Position numbers and translations under genes: made by a program. Below are positions 9,976 to 20,652 of a stretch of DNA of 64,000 nucleotides, in pieces. Source of the DNA: Thecamonas trahens ATCC 50062 (taxonomy: Eukaryota > Protista > Apusomonadida); contig NW_013657632.1 of the NCBI RefSeq assembly GCF_000142905.1, forward strand, positions 62,001-126,000, in the 5' to 3' direction. The notes below the pieces were generated by a model. It was not told where the DNA came from. It was given only the letters and a program-made list of their open reading frames with translations, and made no database searches. Position 1 is the stretch's first letter. Every line of letters starts with the position of its first letter.

Positions 9976-12418
9976 CACCGCTCGAAGATCTTGTACAAGT
10001 TCTCTAGCGCAGCGATCTGGAGAACGGTACCGTCGGTGGCAAAGCGCGACGGCGGGAAAACGATGAGCGAAGCGCGGGGAAGAGGACGTGCTCGATGGCC
10101 CATGCTAGGGTCGCTTGCGAGCCGGGCATGACGGCCTCGTCGAGGTGCTGCTCGGGCTTGATGGCGTAGAGCTGCGCAAGGGCGGTGAGAAAGGTGGCAA
10201 AGCAGGGAAGCTCGGCCGACCAGTCGACACTGTTGCCGAGCTGGAGGAGGAAGGCCGGGACGGCCCACATGGGCGGAAGAACCGAGGGGAGGAGCTGCGG
10301 AAGAGCGACGAGCGCGGCAGCGTCGGTGTCAATGACGACGCCAAAGTACTCTTCGAGCATCTCGGCCTTGGAAACGAGAAAGTCGGCGGTAGCAAGGGCG
10401 AGGACGTCCTTGGGCCCGTCGTCGGGCGACCAGCCTGAGGCGCGGTCGTCGAGGGCGATAGTGACGAGGTCGGCGAGCTTTGGCTTGTTGGAAAAGACAA
10501 AGCGCGGAAAGGCACCAAAGCCAGCAAGGCCGAGCTGGTAGTAGAGCGCCTGGCTGAGCTTGGGCAGGTCGAGGAGGTAGAGCTTGGTTTCGTGCTGGAC
10601 GAGCGCGTATGAGGCGTCGACGCAGCCGACAAACTTGTGACGGCGAAAGACGGCTGAGAGCCCGGCGTGCTCGTCGGCCATGACTTCCTCGCAGAGAGAA
10701 AGGACCGACATGAGGACGATCGACGGTGGCGGCGCCAAGATGCGCTTGCCACTAGCATTACTCGATGCAGGCGCCCGCGGCGCGGCGGGCGCCTTGGCCT
10801 TTTGGGCGGCAGACGTCTTGGCCCGCTTGGGCGGCGACGGAGACGGCGCGCGCGCCGAGCGCGCAGCCGGCCGCGGCGGTGACGGCGAGCGGCGACGCTT
10901 GCGGGGAGCCGGCTGCTGGTTGGACTCTTCCGGCGGAGGCGACGGGGCGCGGCGAAGGGTACCTGAACGGCGGGAGGACGAGAGCGGTGCTGGATCGGCG
11001 GCGCGGGCAGTGCCCGGCGGCGTCGGTCGCGCGTCTTCGGGTGTGGTCTCGGGCGAGGCAAAGAGGACATTCGGCTGGATGAGCTCGGCGGGCGTCGGGG
11101 CGTAAGGCGCGGTGGAGCCGGATGATGTCACGGCTGGCGGCTCTGGCTGCGACTTGTGGACAAAGGCGTCCATGGTCTGCGAGCGATGGTCAACGCGAAC
11201 CATGTGCTGCGGGGCGAGCTTGCTCGACGACGACGAGACGCGGCCGGCCGAGACCGGCTTGAGAGCCTCAAGGTCAGAAGCGGGGGCAGCCGCGGGCTGC
11301 TTCGGTGCGACGTCCGCAGCTGCTTGCGAAAAGGTTGGAAGCACAGCCTGCGAGTAAAAGGTGCGCGAGGCGTTGGCGTCGAGGAGGGCGGCGCGAATAG
11401 CGTCGGTGATGAGCGACACGATCTCGTCTTCGTGCATAAAGTGGACCTGCTTCTTGGTCGGGTGGACGTTGACGTCGACGGTCTCAGGTGGAAGCGCAAT
11501 GTCGAGGTAGACAAATGGGTGGGCCTTTTTGGGCAGGTACTCGGAGAAGAGGGCTTTGATGGCCTTGCGGACCGAGGGCACATCGACGGAGCGCGAGTTG
11601 ACAAACAGGACCGAGACCTCTTTCTTGGACGAGTAGTTTGCGTTGGAGACAAAGCCTGCAACCGAGGCGCCGTACTCGTTGGCGGCCGGCACGTCGATGC
11701 GGAGAAGCTCGCGCGAGAGCTCTGTGCCGTACAGCAGGGCGATGTTGTCCTTGACCGAGGCGCCGGTCTGGGTGTTGAGGACGGCGCGGGTGTCGCCAAA
11801 CTTCTTGAGTGAGAAGGCAACGCCTGCGTTGCGGAGCGCGTAGCGGGTGAGCACGTCCAGGACTCTGTTGAACTCTTCCGAAGTCGACTTGAGGGCCTTC
11901 CGCCGCGTTTTGACGTTGTAGAACAAGTCCTCGACCTTGATCGTCGTCCCGGTGTTGCCGGCGGTCGGCTTGGCCTTGCCCAGCAGCTTGCCGTCGGCAA
12001 ACGAGCCAGCAAACGCGCACTGGGCCTCGGGCGTCTTGGAGGTGATGGTCACGTGTGCCACGTGCGAGATCGAGGCCAGCGCCTCGCCGCGAAAGCCAAA
12101 GGTGCCGATCGACTTGAGGTCGTCGAAGGTGGTGAGCTTCGAGGTGGCGAACCGCTGGCAGACGAGCGGAAAGTCGTCGAGCCGGATGCCGTGACCGTTG
12201 TCGGTGATCTGTAGGACCTTGAGCCCGCCGCCCTTAACCACCACAGAGATGGAGGACGAGCCTGCATCGAGGGCGTTCTCCACAAGCTCTTTGAGCGCGT
12301 TGGCCGGCCGCTCGATGACCTCGCCGGCGGCAATGCGGTCGACGACGGTCTTGTCGAGCGCCTGAATGGGCCTATGCTCCAGAGTGTCTGTCTCACCTGC
12401 ACCGGAAGACGCCGCCAT
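9972..12418 (-). CDS. MLH1: DNA mismatch repair protein MLH1 (apparent 1-nt frameshift near 10056)
   Basis: IAAGEVIERPANALKELVENALDAG, GFRGEALASISHV, VDVNVHPTK; conserved LYKIFERC terminus lies in the -1 frame ending at 9972. Confidence 0.95.
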
Positions 12419-12653
12419 GGTGGGCAAAGGGAGGGGTGGGGGAAGGGGGGGGTGGGGTGGTTGGGTGTGTTGATTCTGACCGTGAACGGAAAAAGGTCGT
12501 GTTTCTGTGTGGCGGGGCGAGGTGGTGTGCGGGAGGGAAAGTTGGACGAGAACGTTCGTACGAAGCAAGTTGGTCGAGCGGCGAAGGGAAGAGGGGACAC
12601 GGCGGGGACCGGCGGGGATGGACAAGAGCACACCCATCTTCCAAACTCAAACT

Positions 12654-14872
12654 ATGGTACGCTTGGCATAGCTTGCAACTCTCAACGAGCATGTGGGGGG
12701 AAGGGGGAGAAAGGCCGAACGATGCGTCGCGGGGGGGGGGGAGGGGGGTGGTCGGTCGCTTTGGCGCCTCGTGTGGCTTGGATCGCGCGAAGAGTGCGAG
12801 GGTGTGAGACGCCGGTGCTGTGGACGCAGGACGAGAGAGATTGAGTGGAGCACAGGGCTAGGGCTATCACAAGCAAAGTGCCTCGCTTTCTTTGCTGTGT
12901 ATGCGCGCAAAGGGTGAACTAGCGTGTTTGGGGGGGAGGAAGGGTGGGAGAGGGCCGCAAAGGAGGGTAGATTTCTGGCGCGGACCAGCGCGAAAGGTCG
13001 CGTCGGCACCGTATGGGGAAGGAGATAGGCGGCGGTTGCATGGGTGAAGTGAGCCAAGGCACGTCCATACGTTGCCTCTCGGGCCAGGTCTGCGAGGGTG
13101 GTGAGCGCATGTTGTGGCGGGGTGTGCAGGCGAGGCGCGGGTCTGTGAGGGTGGGGCGATAATCCTCGAGTTTTTTGCGGGTGCGCAGGAGGATGGGACG
13201 GAGAAGGGCACGCGCGACTCACGAGGCAGGCTCGGGTGGTGGATGTATTATGGTGGGAGGATAGGCGAGCTTTGGACTGCAACCTGTGCAGATTCTTGGC
13301 GACCAGGGCTCTGAGGAGCGCGGGTCGCTCGCGCGGCTGTCGTCGTTTGTGGGCGCGATTGCGATTGGCGACCTCGTCAAGACGACGCTCGGCCCCAAGG
13401 GTATGGACAAGATCCTGCAGTCTGAAGGGATGGGCGCATCGCAGCGCGGTTCGATCACGGTGACGAACGACGGAGCGACGATTCTCAAGTCTGTCCTGGT
13501 GGACAACCCTGCTGCGAAGATTCTCATTGAGATCTCCAAGGTGCAGGACGATGTTGTGGGCGACGGGACGACGTCTGTGTGCGTGCTTGCGTCGCGGCTG
13601 CTGCGCGAGGCGGAGCAGCTTGTTAACCAGCGGATCCACCCGCAGGTGATCATCCAAGGCTTCCGCAAGGCTGCGGAGGTGGCGAAGGACGCGCTCGTGG
13701 AGTTTGCGAACCTGCGCGACGCTGAGGACACCGACGGTGTGCGCAACGACTTGCTCAACATTGCGCGGACGACGCTCTCGTCCAAGGTTGTCTTCCACGA
13801 CAAGAACTTTTTCGCGGAGATGTGCGTGGATGCTGTGATGCGGCTGCGCGGTTCGACGGACCTGGAGGCGATCCAGATCATCAAGAAGACTGGCGGCTCT
13901 CTGCGTGAGTCGTTCCTTGCCGAGGGCTTTATTCTCGAGAAGAAGATTGGTGTCGGCCAGCCGAAGCGGATCGAGAACGCTCGGATTATGGTGGCGAACA
14001 CGGCCATGGACACGGACAAGGTCAAGATCTTCTCGACCCGCGTCCGCGTGGACGAGTCTGCCAAGGTTGCCGAGATTGAGGCTGCCGAGAAGGACAAGAT
14101 GCGTGCCAAGGTGGAGAAGATCCTCGCGCACGACATCAACGTCTTTATCAACCGCCAGCTCATCTACAACTACCCGGAGGAGATCTTTGCCGACAACGGA
14201 GTGATGGCCATTGAGCACGCCGACTTTGACGGCATCGAGCGGCTGGCCATGGTGACCGGCGCCGAGATTGTGTCGACGTTTGACCATCCGGACAAGGTGA
14301 CGCTTGGCTCGTGCGACCTCATTGAGGAGATTCTCATTGGCGAGTCCAAGATGATCCGGTTCTCGGGCGTCGCCGAGGGCGCTGCCTGCACCATTGTGCT
14401 CCGCGGCGCGTCCAAGCAGCTTCTGGATGAGGCCGAGCGCTCGCTCCATGACGCGCTCTGCGTCCTCTCGCAGGCCATCGGCGAGCCGCGCACCATCTAC
14501 GGTGGCGGTGCATCCGAAATCCACATGGCTGCCGCCGTCGAGGCTGCCGCCTCGGTCCAGGGTGACAAGCAGGCGCTCGCCATGGAGGCCTTTGCGCGCG
14601 CGCTCCGCCAGATGCCCACCATCCTGGCCGACAACGCCGGCTACGACTCGGCCCAGCTTGTCGCCGAGCTCAAGGCTGCCCACGCCTCGGGCTCCTCCTC
14701 GGCTTGCCTCGACATGTACAACGGGTGCATCGGCGACGCCATCGACCTCGGCGTCCTCGAGTCGTACAAGGTCAAGTCCTCGGTCGTGTCCTCGGCCGCC
14801 GAGGCTGCCGAGATGATTCTCCGTGTCGACGACGTCATCCGCCAGCCGGTTCGCCAGCGTGCCCAGGAGTAA
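12654..14872 (+). CDS. CCT2: T-complex protein 1 subunit beta; join(12654..12656,13265..14872)
   Basis: [36 protein letters not shown]; splicing ATG|GTACGC...TAG| gives N-terminus [21 protein letters not shown], matching CCT2 N-termini. Confidence 0.95.
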
Positions 14873-14948
14873 GTATCCGTATGCTGTCGCGCTAAACCAT
14901 TGTTCGTGTCTTTGTGTCTGTCTCTGTTTACGGGGTGGGGGGGAGCGA

Positions 14949-15553
14949 CTACTCGGCGGCTTCCTCGCGCTGCTGGCGGATGGCCGGGATGTTCTCAAAG
15001 AGGCGCTGTTGAGAATTGAGAAAAGGCAGGAAGGAGGCGGGGAGTGGTGAGTGCGAGAGAGAGAAGGGGCGCAAGGGGGAGGGGAGGTTACAAGGGAGGT
15101 GGGGAGGGGGGGGGGAGAGGGGGAGGAGGGGGGGGGAAGAGGAGGATGCGGGCTGGCGGGGGGGGAGGAGGGGGGGTGGGGAGGGAGGGATGGGGGGAGA
15201 GGAATAGCGACGCCGCGGCAAGGGCGAGCAAGTACAGGGGTCCTAGGACAAGGTGTCCACATGGTGCGTAGCGTGGCGCGTGCAACGGGAGCACGGGCAG
15301 GGCTGGAGGCCTGGAGGAAGGGGGGGGTGGGGGCAGGGACGGCGGGAGCAAATTTGTGACGCGGCCAGGGGGAGGGCGGGGGAGGCAAGGCAGCAGAGGC
15401 ACGTACATCCTTGTTCTTGCCCCAGTAGAAGCCGTCGATGACGTTGCCAAGGACCATCTCGGTGGCAATGGCGCCGCCGGCAATGAGGACAGCAAAGGTG
15501 GAGGTGCGCTTGAGGAGGGTGCGGTAGACGGTGGACGCGAGCTTGGGATCCAT
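14949..15553 (-). CDS. QCR9: Cytochrome bc1 complex subunit 9; complement(join(14949..15005,15407..15553)), 67 aa
   Basis: VYRTLLKRTSTFAVLIAGGAIATEMVLGNVIDGFYWGKNKD|RLFENI; GTACGT donor, CACTCAC branch, CAG acceptor. Confidence 0.9.
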
Positions 15554-15759
15554 GTTGAGAGGTCGGAGGCGAGTGTAGCGGGTCGTCGGTGGCGAGTCGT
15601 TGGCCGAGCGGGCCGCGTGTGGGTGGGGAGTGGAGGTCGTTCTCCGTCAGCGGCGGACGGGCGGAGGGCAGACGAAGGAAGTAGAGCTGGCGGGCCTGGG
15701 CCCGTGCGAGACACCTGACGTTGCTTGGGGCGGCTTGATACAGCAGCTGGGCGAGCAAG

Positions 15760-17550
15760 ATGGACTGGGGCCAGGCGCGTAGCAGGGTCAGCCGCGGTGT
15801 CCACACGGCGCTGTCGCTTGACGGGGCCGGCGACGGGCCCGGGGCGTACCGCGAGTACTTGCGGACGCTCAGCGACATTGCGGTGCTGCTGAGCGATGCC
15901 GAGGCGCATGTGGGCGCGACACCGGTGGACGAGCGCGGAGCGACGCTCAAGCTTGTGGAACAGCTTATGTTTTTCGGCGGACAGTGCATGGAGCGGGTGC
16001 AGGCGCTCGCCCTGCCGCACCTGACGGCGCTGCCGCACGTGCCACGGCCTGCCGCACCTCGCCATGCTTCGTCGACCGTGGGTGCAGGCACGCCGCGAGT
16101 GGTGGTTCCGAGCGCCGGGCCGGCAATGATGGCAACAGTGGTGACTCCGCCGGGTGGCGGCGGACGGGCTGCTGCTGCGGGCTTGACGGTCAACGAGCAC
16201 CACGCGATCATGTTGCCGGTGCTCCAGGCGCAGGCGCAGAACGAGGCGATGATGGCGCGGCTGCGGCGGCGGACGGGTGGGCGCGGCGGCGATCGGTACC
16301 TGCAGACAATGCGCAAGGCGGCGGAGAACATGGCCATTGCGCGGAAGAAGCAGGAGCTGCTCACGGCAGTCTTGTTCAACCGCAAGAAGCAGGCCGAGGC
16401 TGCGGCGCTTGCCGAGGCCGACGCCTCGATTCCCGGGCAGATGCAGCTGTTTTTCGGCGAAGATCATCCACAGTGGCGGCAGTTCCAGCAGTGGAAGCAG
16501 TTCCAGCACTGGAAAGCGAGCCAGGGAGAGGCCGGGGGCGCGAGCGGCAGCGCGCCGAGCACGCCAACGCAGGGCATTGTGAGCACAGCACAGGAGCCAG
16601 CGCTACCGTCGCCGTCGTACAAGGCCGATCGCAACAACCCGTACGCCGACGAAGACGCCCAGTGGTGCGAGGAGCTGAGTTCTGCTGGAGACGACGTGCT
16701 CCTCGTCCACACCCACCTCGCACGGGTTTTGCACCTCGCTGACCATCCGCTCGGCAAGATGCTTGCCGAGTTCTCGACGCAATTTGCGGCCAAGTACGGA
16801 GCGACCAAAAGCAGCGGAGCGCATGCGACAAGCGAAAGCGAGCAGGCAAGCGAGGCGAGCTTGCCGCAGGCGGTGACCACGATCCAGTCGTTCGTCGCGC
16901 AGTTTTGCGAGTCAATCCTGGAAGCGTATCCCGAGGTGTCGGGTGTGTCGTGCGGTGCGGACCAGGTCCAGCTGACAGTGGAGGAGGCCGTGTTTCCGGA
17001 AGTGTACGCGCCGCTCTTCCGGCTGTACGTGAGCGCGTCTGCTGAGCGTGACACTGTGTTTCGGCTCAAGCTCACAACGCAGCTCAATGAGCTGCCGCCG
17101 TCGGCCTTTGGCATTGCGCCGCGGTTCTGGCTTGTGGGCGGCGGCGAGGGAGTGGGCCCCGAGTCGCTGGCACCGGAGCAGGTGCAGAGCGGGATGCTCG
17201 CATCGTACGCCAAAGTCATCTCGCAGTTCCGCCTAGTCTCGGAGGCGCGGTCGCCAGGGGAAAAGCTGATGGGCCTCGTCAAGGCCTCGCAGGTCATCTG
17301 CACCACGGTGGAGGACTACTACCGCACACATCCGCGCGACGATGTCGACGGAGCGTCGCTGGCTGTCGGAGCTGAGGATCTGCTTCCTCTCTTCTCGTAC
17401 CTCCTCATCCACGCGGCCATCCGCGACGTGTGGGCCATGTCGGCCTTTCTCACCGACTTTATCAACGAGTTTTACTGCATGGGCGAGGAGGGCTACGCGC
17501 TTGCGACAACCCAGACTGCGCTCGAGTACATCGACGGGTTTGGCGCGTGA
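15760..17550 (+). CDS. VPS9D1: VPS9 domain-containing protein 1-like (Rab5-family GEF)
   Basis: C-terminal VPS9 motifs SPGEKL, GAEDLLPLFSYLLI, GEEGYALAT; N-terminal ALSLDGAG...AYREYLRTL helix like VPS9D1. Confidence 0.82.
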   Translation: MDWGQARSRVSRGVHTALSLDGAGDGPGAYREYLRTLSDIAVLLSDAEAHVGATPVDERGATLKLVEQLMFFGGQCMERVQALALPHLTALPHVPRPAAPRHASSTVGAGTPRVVVPSAGPAMMATVVTPPGGGGRAAAAGLTVNEHHAIMLPVLQAQAQNEAMMARLRRRTGGRGGDRYLQTMRKAAENMAIARKKQELLTAVLFNRKKQAEAAALAEADASIPGQMQLFFGEDHPQWRQFQQWKQFQHWKASQGEAGGASGSAPSTPTQGIVSTAQEPALPSPSYKADRNNPYADEDAQWCEELSSAGDDVLLVHTHLARVLHLADHPLGKMLAEFSTQFAAKYGATKSSGAHATSESEQASEASLPQAVTTIQSFVAQFCESILEAYPEVSGVSCGADQVQLTVEEAVFPEVYAPLFRLYVSASAERDTVFRLKLTTQLNELPPSAFGIAPRFWLVGGGEGVGPESLAPEQVQSGMLASYAKVISQFRLVSEARSPGEKLMGLVKASQVICTTVEDYYRTHPRDDVDGASLAVGAEDLLPLFSYLLIHAAIRDVWAMSAFLTDFINEFYCMGEEGYALATTQTALEYIDGFGA

Positions 17551-17564
17551 CTGGCTTTGCGCCA

Positions 17565-18638
17565 TCAGCTGGACATGCTGCGGAGGGCACGGTAGGCGAG
17601 GAGGTGTGCGCCACGGAGGCCGACGTCCTCGTTCATGACAACGTAGACGGGAACCTTGCGAAGGAGCGGTGAGAGGCGGCCCTTGTCGTAGTAGGCAGCC
17701 ATAAACTCGGTCTCGCCGCGAATGCGGTTGATGTTCTTGGGCGCAAGGCCGCCGGCAACGTACAGGCCGCCGTACGGGAGCCACTTGAGGGCGGCAACGC
17801 CGACCTCGGAGCCGTAGGCCGAGAACAGGATGTCTAGCGCCCGTGAGCAGAGCTCGTCGCCCTCGGCGGCGGCCTCGGCAATAAGCGCACCGCGCTGGGC
17901 GTCGGCGGCAAGAATCCGCGCGTCGGCCGCGTCGCACACCGCGTGCGGAAACTTGGCCCGGAGAAAGTCGTAGATGTTGGCGAGGCCCGGGCCCGAGACC
18001 ACGCGTTCGACCGAGATGCGGTTCTTCTCCGAGAAGCGGTCCTTGAGAAACGCCAGCATCTCGAGCTCGAGCTCATTGCGCGGCGCAAACTCGGCGTGCC
18101 CGCCCTCGGACGGAAAGGCGACATAGTCTGCGTCGGGGCCCGCCGCCGCCAGAAAGCACTCGCCGAGGCCGGTGCCGGCGCCGACGCACGCGATGGGCGC
18201 GCCCGGGCGCGGCGCCACGTCCTGCAACGTCAGCAGGTCACTGTCACCGAGCGTGAGCAGGCCGTAGCCGAGCGCCAGAAAGTCGTTAGCAAGCAGCACT
18301 TTGGCGATGCCCAGCTCAGTCTCGAGCACATCCTCGGCAAAGCACCACGACTCGAGATTGGAGAGCACGGCCCGGCCGTCGTCGACCGGCCCGGCCACCG
18401 CCAGCGCTGCCACCGCCACCGAGCTTGGGTCAACCTCGGCGGCAGCCATAAACTTGCGCACCACGTCGACAAACGAGGTATGGTCCTCGTTGGCGTACTT
18501 GCTGAGGTAGACCTGTTCGCCAGGCGGAGACTGCCCTCGTTGCGGCGACGAGGTCGCGTCCGCCACTGCATACAGCACGAGCCTTGTGTTGGTTCCGCCG
18601 ATGTCACCCGCGAGAATATGCATAGGTCCCGACGACAT
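17565..18638 (-). CDS. glk: Bacterial-type glucokinase (Glk family)
   Basis: LAGDIGGTNTRL, LANDF, GAGTGLGE, PSEGGH, SVERVVSGPGL, GGLYVAGG. Confidence 0.92.
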   Translation of the reverse strand: MSSGPMHILAGDIGGTNTRLVLYAVADATSSPQRGQSPPGEQVYLSKYANEDHTSFVDVVRKFMAAAEVDPSSVAVAALAVAGPVDDGRAVLSNLESWCFAEDVLETELGIAKVLLANDFLALGYGLLTLGDSDLLTLQDVAPRPGAPIACVGAGTGLGECFLAAAGPDADYVAFPSEGGHAEFAPRNELELEMLAFLKDRFSEKNRISVERVVSGPGLANIYDFLRAKFPHAVCDAADARILAADAQRGALIAEAAAEGDELCSRALDILFSAYGSEVGVAALKWLPYGGLYVAGGLAPKNINRIRGETEFMAAYYDKGRLSPLLRKVPVYVVMNEDVGLRGAHLLAYRALRSMSS

Positions 18639-18880
18639 GGTGGTCCCCAAGTGCAGCCAAGCTCACTGACACGACCAAGGCGGGAAGCGGCAGAGAGGTT
18701 GTACAATCTCGCGAGTTGCGTCCACACGGACTGCAGGTGTCACGCAATGGCTGGCACGCCACTTTCGCAGCGGCCATCATCAACCGTTAAACGGTACCGA
18801 TGCCAGCGCTGACCACACTGGCTGCGAGAGGCGGCTGCTCTTTGGTTGTGGGTGAGCAGTGCAGCGGCAACGATAAGAGC

Positions 18881-18932
18881 ATAGAGCCACGCGATGGCAA
18901 GGGAAGCTCAGGGGGGGTATAGAGCCACGCGA
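18881..18932. repeat. 14-bp direct repeat ATAGAGCCACGCGA x2
   Basis: Exact copies at 18881-18894 and 18919-18932. Confidence 0.9.
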
Positions 18933-18958
18933 GGCCCGCTACGTTGCGAAAACAGAGC

Positions 18959-19108
18959 TATATACTTATATAAATTCAAATCTATAAAAATATGATTATT
19001 TGAACTTAAATTGGTGATTTATATATTTTGTCTGTTTTACAGTGTAGTTTATATATATGTATTATTTTTGTTGTTTTTGTATGCAATTTAGATGATTTTT
19101 CAATTTGT
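18959..19108. other. AT-rich island (~17% GC)
   Basis: 24 G+C in the 140 nt at 18961-19100, inside otherwise GC-rich DNA; not a simple repeat. Confidence 0.95.
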
Positions 19109-19356
19109 TCAAGAATGATGCACATGCTCCGAGCATACGGAGTCTGCCAGATCGGGTCGGCTCACCTCGCCTTGCCCTCCTTGTGCGCCTTCACAATTCC
19201 TTTCGCTCCTCGACTTGGCCACGCCTCTCTACGGCACTCACGTGTACCCCCTCTGTGTGCTATTCACTTTGCGCGCTGCAATCTCGCGTGTCGCGCGGAC
19301 GCGGTCACTCGACTACCACTCTCCACCATCCACGCCTACCGTTCACAGGCGTTGAC

Positions 19357-19511
19357 ATGGCCTCCTGCGAGCCACGCTGGCCACAATACTACTCCTCATT
19401 CACGCTTGCAGTCGCCGCTGTTGCTGTCGGTGCCTCGGTCTGCGTCTCCGCTCCGCACCTGCACCCGCACCCGAGCCCGCACCCGAGCCCGAACCCGCAC
19501 CCGAGCCCGAA

Positions 19512-19558
<47 letters not shown>

Positions 19559-20646
19559 CGCTTGCCTGCATCCGGCGATTGCGGTACATCTCAGATGATG
19601 GCCGCTGTGCGTTTGTTGATGAGGACACCAACACCTCATTCCTCTGTCCCGGGCTGCCGCGACGCCGGCTTTCCGCTCACCGACCTCCCGGCCAATCCCA
19701 TCGCGCGCGACTCCCATCGCGCGCGACGACTACGAGTCGAGTACCATCTTTGACGTCTCAGCCATGATCGGGCCGCGCGTTGCCGGTCTTGGTGACGGTG
19801 CCGCGCTGAGCGGACCGGCCCCGGCGCAGCTACGCGAACTCGAGGCTCGCAGAGGATGAGGCGTTTGAAGATACCAATCCCGGTGGTAATATTACGGCCA
19901 TTGGGGCGAGCGCTGCGGCATGTGAGGCTTTTATCGCCACCTATCTTGTTCCAGAGTTTGGAATCTATCCTGATCAGCTCGTCCGTGACGTTGTTGCTCT
20001 CTTTCGCATCGTCCTCGTCGACAAGCTCGCATACAACGGCCAGTGGCGATCGGCACTTCCAGACTACCTTCACTTTACGCTCTATCTGTCTGTCGCGCCA
20101 CACGATGCTGCCTATGTCCGCAAGGTCATCCATCACGAGTGGTTCCACATGGTCGACTTTGCTGAGTTTGGCAACGACCACATTGTCGATCCCGAGTGGC
20201 ATGCCTGTCTCCTTGCGCCCGATGTGTACTCGCCGCATGGCGGCGAGGGCATGCGCGGTGGAACTGCTGGTATCTGGGACCTAGACATTGACCCGGTGCC
20301 CTCCACTCGCAACCCGGGCTTTGTCACCGCTTACGCCTCCTCCGCTGCCATCGAGGACAAGGCCGAGGTATGGGCCGCCCTCGTCTGCTTCCGCCCGGCT
20401 TCGCTCGATGCTCTCCTCGGCTCGGACCCCGTCCTTGCCTCCAAGGCTGCGCTCCTCCGCGCCCGCGTCGCCGGTCTCACTCCGACCATGGGCCCCGCCT
20501 GGTTCGCCGCGCTCGGTGCCTTGCGTGAGCGCGCGTTCGACGAAGACGGTCGTCACTGGCAGCCCGTTCCGAACCGTCCGCCAAACACTCCGCCGTACTT
20601 TGTGCATGCGCTGACGCGCGCAAAGACATACAACCCGCCGCTGTAG
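19357..20646 (+). pseudogene. Frameshifted bacterial-type HEXXH zinc metallopeptidase with C-terminal WW-like motif
   Basis: Frame open 19810-20646 with no upstream ATG: ...PEFGIYPDQLVR...NGQWRSALPDY...RKVIHHEWFHMVD...GFVTAYASSAAIEDKAEVW; upstream coding-like segments lie in other frames, with a 16-bp tandem duplication at 19696-19727. Confidence 0.65.
19461..19557 (+). repeat. Hexamer repeat (CCGAGC/CCGCAC/CCGAAC)n encoding a PS/PH/PN linker
   Basis: Visible tandem array of about 16 units. Confidence 0.9.
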
Positions 20647-20652
20647 TGGCAT

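Noticed and set aside
12647-15553. 968-aa minus-strand ORF
   Set aside because: Only the first 49 codons are real (QCR9 exon 1); the rest is intron read-through and the antisense shadow of CCT2
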